Source of the DNA: a bacterium
Lineage (GTDB): Bacteria; Patescibacteriota; Patescibacteriia; HK-STAS-PATE-3
Direction: 5' to 3'
Length of the DNA stretch: 64,000 nt
Assembly: GCA_043800725.1 (NCBI GenBank)
Contig: JAZDMR010000009.1
Location: 26,662 to 90,661 of the forward strand
Shown here: one piece after another, positions 41,181-49,960 of the stretch
Position numbering within the stretch: position 1 is the stretch's first letter
How the letters are laid out: each line of letters begins with the position of its first letter
Position numbers and translations under genes: made by a program
Notes under the pieces: model-generated
Told to the model about the DNA's origin: nothing
The model's database searches: none
The model's input: the letters and a program-made list of their open reading frames with translations, nothing else

Positions 41181-41390
41181 ATTATCCTAACACTTTAAGT
41201 CGCAATACACCGAGGCTCTATGTTTACCAGCCTTTAATACTAATATTATCCCCACAGACTAAAGTCTTTTACACCGGCACTAGAAGTGCCGTCTTATAAA
41301 AATAGTCTAAAGACCCAGCTTTAGCTGGGGTTTGAAAGCTTTAGCTTTCTCTTACTCCTTAAGGTCAATGCACTTGCGACTATGAGAACA

Positions 41391-41888
41391 TCAAAACAAA
41401 TTCACAAACCACGTCCAAGCTCTGCTTAGCGGATCGCTTACCTGGCTTCCAAAATAGGCCAAGGGAATATACCAGACAGCCCGGCCAATAAAGTTTGCCA
41501 GTAAAAACTTCTTAATAGAATATTTTTCATACCCGCCATACAGGCCAACTAGCTGGTCTGGTAAAGGGGTCCAGAGCAATACCAGGATCATAATAAACGG
41601 CCGGTTTTTAATTTTATCAAAAAACTTTTTCCATTTAGGGTGCTTATCAATCCAGGCCTGCACTTTTTTTACTTCTTTAACTTTAATGCCTACGTAATAA
41701 AGCGGCAATACTCCCAAGGTGGTGCCGACTGAAGCTATCAAGCCCACTGTAAAAAAAGGCAAATGCGTACCCATGGCTAAAATTATCGGTATCGGCCTAA
41801 AGGGCGAAATAAAATTAAAAGTCGGAATCAGTAAAGTAACCAAAAACAGAAAAACATACTCGGCCAAGGCTGTACTGAAAAAATCCAT
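41391..41888 (-). CDS. VTT/SNARE-associated (DedA-like) membrane protein
   Basis: G.TLG...YY.G, TPLPD, FLLANFIGR. Confidence 0.8.
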   Translation of the reverse strand: MDFFSTALAEYVFLFLVTLLIPTFNFISPFRPIPIILAMGTHLPFFTVGLIASVGTTLGVLPLYYVGIKVKEVKKVQAWIDKHPKWKKFFDKIKNRPFIMILVLLWTPLPDQLVGLYGGYEKYSIKKFLLANFIGRAVWYIPLAYFGSQVSDPLSRAWTWFVNLF

Positions 41889-41891
41889 AAG

Positions 41892-43499
41892 CTATCTCGC
41901 TCTTTTTTGGGAAATGATCGTAATTAAATTTTTTCCGGACATTGAAGCGGCCGGCGTCAAGCCTAATAAATGAAGGACAGTCGGGGCAATGTCAGCCAAA
42001 ATGCCGCTGGGTGTTTGCAGTGATAAATCCTTGGCTGTGCCGCTTTTTTGACTGGTTTGTTTGAAGTCTTCGCCAATTAGGATGAAAGGCACCGGATTGG
42101 TGGTATGCTCTTTTTGGATAAAACCGGTTTGCAGATTAACCACATCCTCGGCATTGCCATGATCAGCCGTAATTAATAAAACACCGCCTATTTCTTTTAT
42201 AATTTCGTAGATTTTGCCTAAACATTCGTCTATGACTTCAACAGCCTCAACCGTAGCTTTAAAATTACCAGTATGGCCGACCATGTCCGCGTTAGCGTAA
42301 TTAATCACAATAAAGTCATATTTGGCTGTTTTCATTTCTTGAACAACGCGATCAGTAATTTCTCGAGCGCTCATAGACGGTTTTAGGTCATAATTAGCTA
42401 CCGAAGGAGAAGGTATTAAAACGCGTTCTTCCCCGGGGTAGGCCTGCTCTCTGCCTCCATTCAAGAAAAACGTAACGTGAGCGTATTTTTCAGTTTCCGC
42501 AATATGCAGCTGCTTCATACCCGCATCAGAAATAACCCTAGCCAAGGGAAAATCATTTTTTTCAGGCGGAAAAGCTATATCTACCGGGAGATCTTTTTCA
42601 TATTGGGTCAGAGTGACAAAAAACAAGTCTTTTAAATACTTGCGTTCAAACTTTTCAAAGCCCGGCAAAACAAACGCCTTGGTCAGCTCACGAGACCGAT
42701 CCGGACGAAAGTTAAAAAAGATTACCGCGTCATTATCAGCCACTGTGGCTACCGGTGATCCGTCTTCATTGGTTATTACTGTCGGCTCAATCTCTTCGTC
42801 AAACACCTTTTTGATATACGAATCCTGAATAGCCTTGATTGGATCATGAGATGTCGTTTCTGCCTTTCCTTCGACAATCGCCCTATAAGCTTTGGCAATG
42901 CGCTCCCAGTGATTATCGCGATCCATTGCCCAATACCTTCCTGATAAACTGGCGATTTTGCCTACGCCGATTTTATTTATTTTGTCTTGGAGTTTAGTAA
43001 TAAATCTTTCAGCGCTATTATGCGGAGTATCGCGACCATCAAGAAAAGCGTGGATAAAAACCTTCTTTAGCTTTTCTTCTTTGGCAAATTCAAGCAAAGC
43101 ATAGGCATGTTCGTTAAAACTATGTACCCCGCCGGAGCTCATCAGTCCCATGATATGAAGCTGGGAATTATTTTTTCTCGCCTGGCTTGCGGCCTTTTTT
43201 AACGCTTCGTTGTTGTTAAATGTCCCGTCTGAGATTGTTTTGGTAATCCTTGGCGAGTCCTGATAGACGATTTTACCCGCCCCGATATTTAAATGTCCGA
43301 CTTCTGAATTGCCCAGCTCGCCCCAGCTCGATCCCACAGCTTCACCCGAAGCTTGTAATGACAAGACCGGATAGTCCTGAACTAAGCTGTCATAAACCGG
43401 TGTCTTGGCTAGATCAATGGCATTGCCGCGTGAAGGCGGGCAAATGCCCCAGCCGTCAAAAATAACTAATACTACTGGGCGGTATTTTTTTATTCCCAT
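41892..43499 (-). CDS. gpmI: BPG-independent phosphoglycerate mutase, copy 1
   Basis: DGWG, GNSEVGH, DGRD, NFRPDR, ETEKYAHVT, DMVGH, TADHGN. Confidence 0.96.
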   Translation of the reverse strand: MGIKKYRPVVLVIFDGWGICPPSRGNAIDLAKTPVYDSLVQDYPVLSLQASGEAVGSSWGELGNSEVGHLNIGAGKIVYQDSPRITKTISDGTFNNNEALKKAASQARKNNSQLHIMGLMSSGGVHSFNEHAYALLEFAKEEKLKKVFIHAFLDGRDTPHNSAERFITKLQDKINKIGVGKIASLSGRYWAMDRDNHWERIAKAYRAIVEGKAETTSHDPIKAIQDSYIKKVFDEEIEPTVITNEDGSPVATVADNDAVIFFNFRPDRSRELTKAFVLPGFEKFERKYLKDLFFVTLTQYEKDLPVDIAFPPEKNDFPLARVISDAGMKQLHIAETEKYAHVTFFLNGGREQAYPGEERVLIPSPSVANYDLKPSMSAREITDRVVQEMKTAKYDFIVINYANADMVGHTGNFKATVEAVEVIDECLGKIYEIIKEIGGVLLITADHGNAEDVVNLQTGFIQKEHTTNPVPFILIGEDFKQTSQKSGTAKDLSLQTPSGILADIAPTVLHLLGLTPAASMSGKNLITIISQKRAR

Positions 43500-45064
43500 A
43501 ATGATTTCAGTTTCATTTGTTCAGGTATGGGAATATTAAGAGTTTCGAGTACAGTGGGAGCGATTTGACCGAGTGTTCCTCGGGCAGAGATTTTTTTTGG
43601 AAAATCTTTATCAGCAACAACAATAAACGGTACAGGATTGGTGGTATGCTCGGTATCTTTCTTTTTAGTATCTTTAAACAACATGCTTTCGGCCTTGCCA
43701 TGATCGGCTGTGATAAAAGTCACCCCGCCTTGCTTCAGTGTTAAGCGGACAATCTGACCCAAACATTTATCAACCGTCTCTATCGCCTTAATAGTCGCGG
43801 ATAAATTCCCTGAATGCCCCACCATATCTGGATTGGCAAAATTCATGCCGACAAAATCATACACGTTATTTTGAAGATATTTAATTACAGTGCGGGCAAT
43901 CTCAAAGCTGGACATTGCCGGCTTTGATTCATAAGTAGGCACTTCAGGTGAAGCCACCATTACCCTATCCTCATCAGCCACGGGTTCGGCATACCCGCCA
44001 TTGAAAAAATAAGTTATATGGGCAAACTTTTCTGTTTCGGCAATGTATAATTGACGTAATTCTTTTAAGGCCATAGGCAAGGTGCCCTTCAGATCCTGAC
44101 TGGGATGGGCAGTCACCACATTATCCAAATCAGGTCCAAAATCAGTCATAGCAATGAATAGGAGGTTTTTCAGGGTCCTTCTTCTTTGAAACTCATTAAA
44201 CGACTCTTGAACAAAAGGCTTAGTCAGCTGCCTGGCCCTATCAGACCTTAGGTTAAAGAAAATTATTGTGTCATAATCATCAATCGTCGCTATCGGCTTA
44301 CCTCTCTTGGTAATTAATGTTGGCTCGATAAATTCATCTGTTATTCCCTGATTATAGGAATTTTGAATTGCCTGTTCAGCTGAAACGTCAGTCTTACCTT
44401 CGCCTAAAGTTAAGGTATGGTAAGCGCGTTCAGTTCTGGGCCAGTCTTTTTTTCGATCCATTGACCAGAATCTGCCAGTGATTGAAGCGATATGCTCATT
44501 TTTATTCAGAGTTTTTTCCAGATCCTTAATCATGTTAATGCCGCTCTTAGGGTGAGTATCGCGGCCATCGGTAAACAAATGAATATATATATCTTTCAAT
44601 TTTTGCTGGCGGCAGAACTTTAATAACGCCTGGATATGATCCGGATTACTATGGCCGCTGTTACCATTTGACAGCAGTCCCATCAGATGGATTTTTGATT
44701 TCCACTTTTTTGAATGCCGAACACCGTATAAAAAGGCCGGATTACGAAAAAACCTGCCGTCTTCAATACTGCGCAAAATTGTGACTACGTCCTGTTCAAC
44801 TACCCGGCCAGCGGCCATGTTTATATGCCCTGCTTCAGAATTCCCTTGTTGACCTTTAGGCAGTCCCACGGCTTCTCCTGAAGCTTCCAAGGACGATGAA
44901 GGATACTTATTAATAAATTTGTCGTAATTTGGCGTCTTGGCTAACGTTATGGCATTGCCTGGTCCGGGCGGCGCAATGCCAAAACCATCAATAACAATCA
45001 AAACTGCCGGCAACAGCTTGCCGGATTTAATTTTTTTCGGCTTTCTTGTAAGTGTTGCTACCAT
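43490..45064 (-). CDS. gpmI: BPG-independent phosphoglycerate mutase, copy 2
   Basis: DGFG, GNSEAGH, DGRD, ETEKFAH, DMVGH, TADHG. Confidence 0.95.
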   Translation of the reverse strand: MVATLTRKPKKIKSGKLLPAVLIVIDGFGIAPPGPGNAITLAKTPNYDKFINKYPSSSLEASGEAVGLPKGQQGNSEAGHINMAAGRVVEQDVVTILRSIEDGRFFRNPAFLYGVRHSKKWKSKIHLMGLLSNGNSGHSNPDHIQALLKFCRQQKLKDIYIHLFTDGRDTHPKSGINMIKDLEKTLNKNEHIASITGRFWSMDRKKDWPRTERAYHTLTLGEGKTDVSAEQAIQNSYNQGITDEFIEPTLITKRGKPIATIDDYDTIIFFNLRSDRARQLTKPFVQESFNEFQRRRTLKNLLFIAMTDFGPDLDNVVTAHPSQDLKGTLPMALKELRQLYIAETEKFAHITYFFNGGYAEPVADEDRVMVASPEVPTYESKPAMSSFEIARTVIKYLQNNVYDFVGMNFANPDMVGHSGNLSATIKAIETVDKCLGQIVRLTLKQGGVTFITADHGKAESMLFKDTKKKDTEHTTNPVPFIVVADKDFPKKISARGTLGQIAPTVLETLNIPIPEQMKLKSLWE

Positions 45065-46347
45065 ATTCTTTTAATTGGCTTCCATTCGCCTAGCTCCATT
45101 TCTATCTCCATTAATCGATTATATTTGGCTAAGCGTTCTCCGCGGCTTAATGAGCCTGCTTTAATAAAGTCAGCATTGGCGCCCACGGAAAGATCAGATA
45201 TAAACACATCAATAGTCTCTCCCGACCGGTTAGCCACAATTGTTTTATAGCCATGGGCTTGAGCAAGTTTAATGCAAGTTATTGTTTCAGTCAGAGTGCC
45301 GATTTGGTTTGGCTTGATAATGATGGCATTTGCCGCATTTTTATCAATCCCTTGCTGAAGCATCTTTGGATTAGTCACGAAAATATCATCGCCCACGATC
45401 ATCTGTTGTTTGCCAAGCTTTTTATTCATAGACTGCCAGCCAGCCCAATCGTCTTCTGCAATTCCATCTTCAACCGAACGCAGATAATATTTATCGTACC
45501 ATTCCTGATAAAGATCAATCAGTCTATTAGCTGTATAGGTTTTATTTTCCGGATTTAAACGGTAAATATTATTATCTGATTCATAAAAAGTTGTAGCTGC
45601 AGCATCGATTGCCAGAGTTACATCGCTATCCATTTTAAAGTTTGTGTTATGAACCGCTTCAATAATCATTTCAAAGGCCTGAGCATTTGATTCAAGGGGC
45701 GGGCTATAACCACCTTCATCGCCGACCAAGGTTGTCAAATGCTTGCTTTTTAAAACCTCTTTCAGGGCAATGAATACTTCGCCGCCAATTCGTACGCGCT
45801 CATGAAAAGTGGAGGCTTTGGGCATTAGCATTATTTCCTGGATAGACGAGCCTGAATCGCTATGCTTGCCTCCATTCATAATATTCATCATAGTGCCCGG
45901 TAAAGTTAGCTTTTTTTCATTAAAACCGAACTTCTGTCGGATGTACTCATATAATGGAACTCCTTCAACTTTAGCGGCCATTCGCGTGCAAGCCAGAGAT
46001 ACTGCCAGTATGGCATTTGCCCCTAAATTGGATTTATATTCGGTACCGTCCAGCTCAATCATGATTTTATCAATCAACTTGATATCATTAATTGGTTTGC
46101 TTTTTAGTGCTTGATTAATCTTGGTCTTCACATTAGCTACCGCTCTTTGAACTCCTTTGCCTCGATAGCGGTTGATTTCTCCATCTCGTAATTCAAGCGC
46201 TTCAAACCTGCCCGTAGAGGCACCGGAAGGAACGCCGGCACGCGATTCACGGCCATTCTCAAGCTGCACGCGGGCCAAAATAGTAGGAGTTCCGCGAGAG
46301 TCTAATATTTCAAGGGCAGATATGTTGTCAATAATATTGCTTGCCAT
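45058..46347 (-). CDS. eno: enolase
   Basis: ILDSRG.PT, PSGASTG, GDEGG, IKPNQIGTLTE, RSGET, ERLAKYN. Confidence 0.97.
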   Translation of the reverse strand: MASNIIDNISALEILDSRGTPTILARVQLENGRESRAGVPSGASTGRFEALELRDGEINRYRGKGVQRAVANVKTKINQALKSKPINDIKLIDKIMIELDGTEYKSNLGANAILAVSLACTRMAAKVEGVPLYEYIRQKFGFNEKKLTLPGTMMNIMNGGKHSDSGSSIQEIMLMPKASTFHERVRIGGEVFIALKEVLKSKHLTTLVGDEGGYSPPLESNAQAFEMIIEAVHNTNFKMDSDVTLAIDAAATTFYESDNNIYRLNPENKTYTANRLIDLYQEWYDKYYLRSVEDGIAEDDWAGWQSMNKKLGKQQMIVGDDIFVTNPKMLQQGIDKNAANAIIIKPNQIGTLTETITCIKLAQAHGYKTIVANRSGETIDVFISDLSVGANADFIKAGSLSRGERLAKYNRLMEIEMELGEWKPIKRIW

Positions 46348-46362
46348 AATTTTACTAGTTAA

Positions 46363-47544
46363 TTATTTAATTCTAATCGGTTCAAGTCCAGGCAAAGTTC
46401 CTTTTTCTAAATAAACCATCATAGCTCCCCCACCCGTAGAAATATGAGTCATTTTTTTCACTAATTTATATTTGTTAAGTATAGCCAGAGTGTCTCCGCC
46501 ACCTACCACTGTTTCAGCTTTACTTTTTGCGAGTTGTTGAGCAATCGATTTTGTGCCATAAGCGAATTTTGAATTCTCAATAAAACCCATGGGTCCATTC
46601 CAAACAACCATTTTGGCTTTTTTAATTATCGAACCGAATAAGGTAACGGTATCCGGCCCAATGTCTAAAATATATTCATTGCTTCTCACCTTGCCAACTG
46701 GCCGTCGATTAATTCCTCGTTTGCCTCTAGATCCCCGCGAAGTAACCACGTCAATCGGTATATGAAGCTTAGGGTTATTCAGGTTTATTTTCTTTATTAT
46801 TTTCTTTATATTAGTATCGCTTACGGATTTACCTATTTGGATTCCTCTGGCGGCTAATATTGTATTTGATAAGGCGCCGCCTAATAATAAATAGTTAACT
46901 TGTTTTAATAATTTATTAATAACAGCCACTTTAGTTTTAATTTTCGCACCGCCAATAATCGCTACCAACGGACGCTTGGGTGATTTTAAAACTCTATCTA
47001 ACATTGTAACTTCTTTTTCCAATAAAGGTCCGGCATAGGATGGCAAGTATTTTTGTAAACCTACAATCGAGGAAACCTTTCTATGGCATTGGCCAAACGC
47101 ATCATTGACCACTAAATCTCCATTTCTAGCCAACTCTTTTGCGAATTCTATTGAATTTTCCTGCTCTTCTTTGTGAAAACGGACATTTTCCAATAAAATA
47201 ATACTTCCGGGTTTAGCTTGTTTTATTTTCTCTCTAACCTGAGGCCCCACGCAATCATCCAGTTTAATTATTGGCATTTTTAATAACGCTCTCAAGCGAT
47301 TTGCTACGGCGTTTATTTTAAACTGAGGATCATTAGCTTTTTTAGGCCGTCCCAGCCAAGTAACGATCACTATTTTATTTGCTCTTTTTTTCAGCCATAA
47401 TATTGAAGGGATGGTTTCTTTAATCCTTGTAACGTCAGGACAACACCAAGAATTACCACGCTTTTGGAGAGTGATATCATAGGTAGCCCTGTAGATTACT
47501 GTTTTATTGTGATAGCTTGCTTGTTTGTATGATCGTAGCTTCAT
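46363..47544 (-). CDS. pgk: phosphoglycerate kinase
   Basis: LLENVRF, NDAFG..HR, IIGGAK, WNGPMG, GGGDT, STGGGA. Confidence 0.96.
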   Translation of the reverse strand: MKLRSYKQASYHNKTVIYRATYDITLQKRGNSWCCPDVTRIKETIPSILWLKKRANKIVIVTWLGRPKKANDPQFKINAVANRLRALLKMPIIKLDDCVGPQVREKIKQAKPGSIILLENVRFHKEEQENSIEFAKELARNGDLVVNDAFGQCHRKVSSIVGLQKYLPSYAGPLLEKEVTMLDRVLKSPKRPLVAIIGGAKIKTKVAVINKLLKQVNYLLLGGALSNTILAARGIQIGKSVSDTNIKKIIKKINLNNPKLHIPIDVVTSRGSRGKRGINRRPVGKVRSNEYILDIGPDTVTLFGSIIKKAKMVVWNGPMGFIENSKFAYGTKSIAQQLAKSKAETVVGGGDTLAILNKYKLVKKMTHISTGGGAMMVYLEKGTLPGLEPIRIK

Positions 47545-47600
47545 TTTATGTGTTCAATTGCTGTAATTATAACATTTTCTAGCCTGAATAAAAAGACTTG

Positions 47601-47630
47601 TTGACAACCAAAATAACCTAGGATTATAAT
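47601..47630 (+). promoter_or_regulatory. consensus sigma70 promoter with no downstream ORF
   Basis: TTGACA-N18-TATAAT followed within 15 nt by a GC hairpin and T-tract (47644-47674). Confidence 0.65.
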
Positions 47631-47720
47631 ATATTTGGAGTGTGGGGAGAGGATTTTATCCTCTCCCCCGTTTTAATATTTAAACAATAAAAAATACCGT
47701 TCGTGTGATTACGAACGGTA

Positions 47721-48446
47721 TTATAATAGAACCAACTGATTTTGAAACAAAGTGCGATGCTTCTCCAAAACTAGCCAGACATCATTTTGGACTATCTGCT
47801 GTTGATTCCTCCTCACCCTTTTCAAAAAACCTAACACTTCTTTTAGCTGTAGATCTGGGCATTCTTGGGCAAGTTTGCGAAAAGTGATTGCGCCAACAGG
47901 ATTTTTTTTGTAATAACGCGCGAACAATCGATAAGACAGAGCAAATGACATATTGGCCAGAGTCATGGCTAATGAATAATCATGATTTCGCTTTGGATCC
48001 GGAAACTTGCCTTGGACAGTGACTTCTGTGGCATAAGTATAGTACTCACAAGCACAAGAATAAGAAATTCTTGCTCGACGGCATAAAAAACCAACTGCCT
48101 CATCTGATAATCGATTAACCGTTAACCACTTTTTATATCCTTCCGCCTCATCGGCATTGCCCCAGATTAAATCTCCTGTTAAAATCGGCTCGGTAACCAC
48201 CGGATCGAACATTCGCATGAATAAATGAAAATCATTTATTCCAATTTCGGCAATATCAATCAAACCATCCGGCCCATAATATGGATCGATTTGATCGCCT
48301 TCACAAACAGCTATCAGGTCGATATCTTGCTTTTGATTTTTCGAGCCATAGTACCACAGATACCTAATCTGTCCGAAGCGCCTACCAAGACGTGTCCGTA
48401 CTAGTGTCAATATATCTGACTTTGACTGAGACATCTTTGCCTCCAA
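47721..48446 (-). CDS. Pol-beta-superfamily nucleotidyltransferase-like protein with helical C-terminal domain
   Basis: YYGS-x5-DID (GS..DxD), later acidic IDI strand; SD GGAGG before MSQ. Confidence 0.7.
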   Translation of the reverse strand: MEAKMSQSKSDILTLVRTRLGRRFGQIRYLWYYGSKNQKQDIDLIAVCEGDQIDPYYGPDGLIDIAEIGINDFHLFMRMFDPVVTEPILTGDLIWGNADEAEGYKKWLTVNRLSDEAVGFLCRRARISYSCACEYYTYATEVTVQGKFPDPKRNHDYSLAMTLANMSFALSYRLFARYYKKNPVGAITFRKLAQECPDLQLKEVLGFLKRVRRNQQQIVQNDVWLVLEKHRTLFQNQLVLL

Positions 48447-48539
48447 AAAATATAGGGGAGAAACGTATTTAACGCTTCTCCCCTGTGATAGACAACGACT
48501 TACCCCATTTTTAAACAGTCGTTATCTTAGGTGATTGTC

Positions 48540-48737
48540 CTAACGGCCCGGATTCCAGGGCATATGGATCTTCTGGCCGCCCGGGATCTGAGCCGTGGTA
48601 TGGCCGCTGCTGATGTTGCCGTACGGATCGACCCTGAACGTGTCATGAATACCACCGCCCATCGGAGTCGGCCCCATGGGTTGGATACCAAAGCCATTAT
48701 TGATCGGCCGGAACGGAGGATTGGCTGGTATGGACAT
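48540..48737 (-). CDS. small Pro/Gly-rich peptide 4 (65 aa)
   Basis: SD TAAGGAG at the end of a linker repeat; MSIPANPP start. Confidence 0.75.
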   Translation of the reverse strand: MSIPANPPFRPINNGFGIQPMGPTPMGGGIHDTFRVDPYGNISSGHTTAQIPGGQKIHMPWNPGR

Positions 48738-48746
48738 GATTTAATT

Positions 48747-48865
48747 CTCCTTATCTGCTTCGAGGTAATGGGCCAGGGCAATTTCTTATCACCCCGGCCC
48801 TTTGATATCTCTTGTTTCACGCTTTCCAACCTTAAGGCCGAAAAACGTCTTGGTTGCGCAGCGTA
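48747..48865 (-). repeat. structured intercistronic repeat, copy B
   Basis: About 85% identical to 49463-49579 (15 substitutions and 2 indels by manual alignment). Confidence 0.9.
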
Positions 48866-49071
48866 CCGCCCAATCTGGCTAACTGTGCATCATTTTCATA
48901 GCTGGGCCGTCCGCCGATTCCGAACGTCGGCAAAGTGGTCTGACCGCTAAACGGCACATGAACCTTTTTCCGACCAAATCCGATATCAGCATGAACACCT
49001 GCTGACGGCGAGAAATGGACCGGGGACAAAGGCTGACCACCAACCATCGGGGGTCTCATGGGAATGGACAT
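48832..49071 (-). CDS. small Pro/Gly-rich peptide 3 (79 aa)
   Basis: SD GGAGGTGA; MSIPMRPP start; ends TLRNQDVFRP* inside the repeat. Confidence 0.75.
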   Translation of the reverse strand: MSIPMRPPMVGGQPLSPVHFSPSAGVHADIGFGRKKVHVPFSGQTTLPTFGIGGRPSYENDAQLARLGGTLRNQDVFRP

Positions 49072-49179
49072 ACTATCACCTCCTCTCATCGTCCGGTTAA
49101 GGTGATTTTCGCTTTGCTAATCGACATCTAATCAATCCAATGCAATATTTTCATTCAAGAATATGCTGATTCTCAAAGA

Positions 49180-49455
49180 TCACAGAATAGTGGGGAACGG
49201 CAGGGTTGGTCTACTTGTAGGACCAATTGGAGGAAATGTCCCGGGAGGAAAATGCCGGATTGACAATTGCTGAACCTGGGAACAGTATCTTGGCGGATGG
49301 TTTTGGACTGGAAATTGTTGGTCTTGGGAACAGAGTCGTGGTGGGTTGCCAAATCCCACCACTCTTCCACAAAATGGGCAGTGGCCGCCGAAAGTATAGG
49401 TTAAAGGGTGGCCACAGATTGGACAACATGTTCTTGGTAGTGCAGGAAGTGACAT
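49180..49455 (-). CDS. small Cys/Pro-rich peptide 2 (91 aa, zinc-ribbon-like)
   Basis: SD TAAGGAGG; MSLPALP; CPICG..CPFCG; internal repeat PPR.CSQ.QQ twice. Confidence 0.75.
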   Translation of the reverse strand: MSLPALPRTCCPICGHPLTYTFGGHCPFCGRVVGFGNPPRLCSQDQQFPVQNHPPRYCSQVQQLSIRHFPPGTFPPIGPTSRPTLPFPTIL

Positions 49456-49462
49456 AACAAGC

Positions 49463-49579
49463 CTCCTTATCTGCTTCTAGGTAGTGGCCAGGGTATTTTT
49501 TATCTCCCCGACCCTTCGATATCTCATGTTGCACGCTTTCCAACCTTAAGGCCGGAGAATATCTCTGTTGCGCAGCGTA
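49463..49579 (-). repeat. structured intercistronic repeat, copy A
   Basis: Aligns with 48747-48865; two conserved hairpins; ends in the SD of the next gene. Confidence 0.9.
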
Positions 49580-49960
49580 TCATCCAGCTTTCAAGAGATT
49601 AAAGCTATTGCAATGCGATTGGATTTGTAATGTAGGCATCAGATGGTCATGAATTCTGGGGTGCAAAGGATCCCATGGTCTAGGCCCCCAGGGTCCTGGA
49701 CAATTATGATGTCCACTAACCCAAGCGCCGCAACTAGAGCAGTACCACTTGTCCATGATCGGATTTGGTCTTGGGAATGGCGAGGGAATACAGTTGTGGA
49801 AGCCATAAACCCATCGACCACAAACATGGCAATGATATCCGCGCTCTTCCCTGCGGCAAACATGAATGCAGCCATCATAGTACTCACCACAGAGAGAACA
49901 GTATTGCCTTCTATCCCAGGTGGGTCCCTGGGGCATACCGGGTAGTGCGGGAAATGACAT
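49580..49960 (-). CDS. small Cys/His/Pro-rich protein 1 (126 aa, three CxxC..HxC units)
   Basis: SD AAGGAGG; MSFPALP; CSLCG..HVC, CHVCG..HNC, CSSCG..HNC. Confidence 0.78.
   Translation of the reverse strand: MSFPALPGMPQGPTWDRRQYCSLCGEYYDGCIHVCRREERGYHCHVCGRWVYGFHNCIPSPFPRPNPIMDKWYCSSCGAWVSGHHNCPGPWGPRPWDPLHPRIHDHLMPTLQIQSHCNSFNLLKAG

Noticed and set aside
48527-48829. ORFs 48527-48829 and 49211-49543 (MESV..EISKGRGDKK) as genes
   Set aside because: TTG starts with weak SD, indels break the shared frame after ~16 codons, and they overlap better-supported ORFs; kept only as an alternative explanation for the repeat.
48747-49579. CRISPR array
   Set aside because: Only two copies of ~118 bp, separated by ~600 bp of coding sequence; no cas genes and no 25-45 bp periodic repeat seen in the window.
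49500-49579. c-di-GMP-I riboswitch (CTCCGGCCT resemblance)
   Set aside because: The GGCAAA...GAAA...GACGCAAA P2 elements are missing and the motif is altered in copy B.
49211-49960. TGA readthrough (code 25 or Sec) fusing 49580-49960 with the in-frame ORF 49211-49543
   Set aside because: Core genes end at TGA (tkt, helicase, UPF0182) and show no internal TGA; the fused frame would overlap peptide 2, which has its own strong SD.
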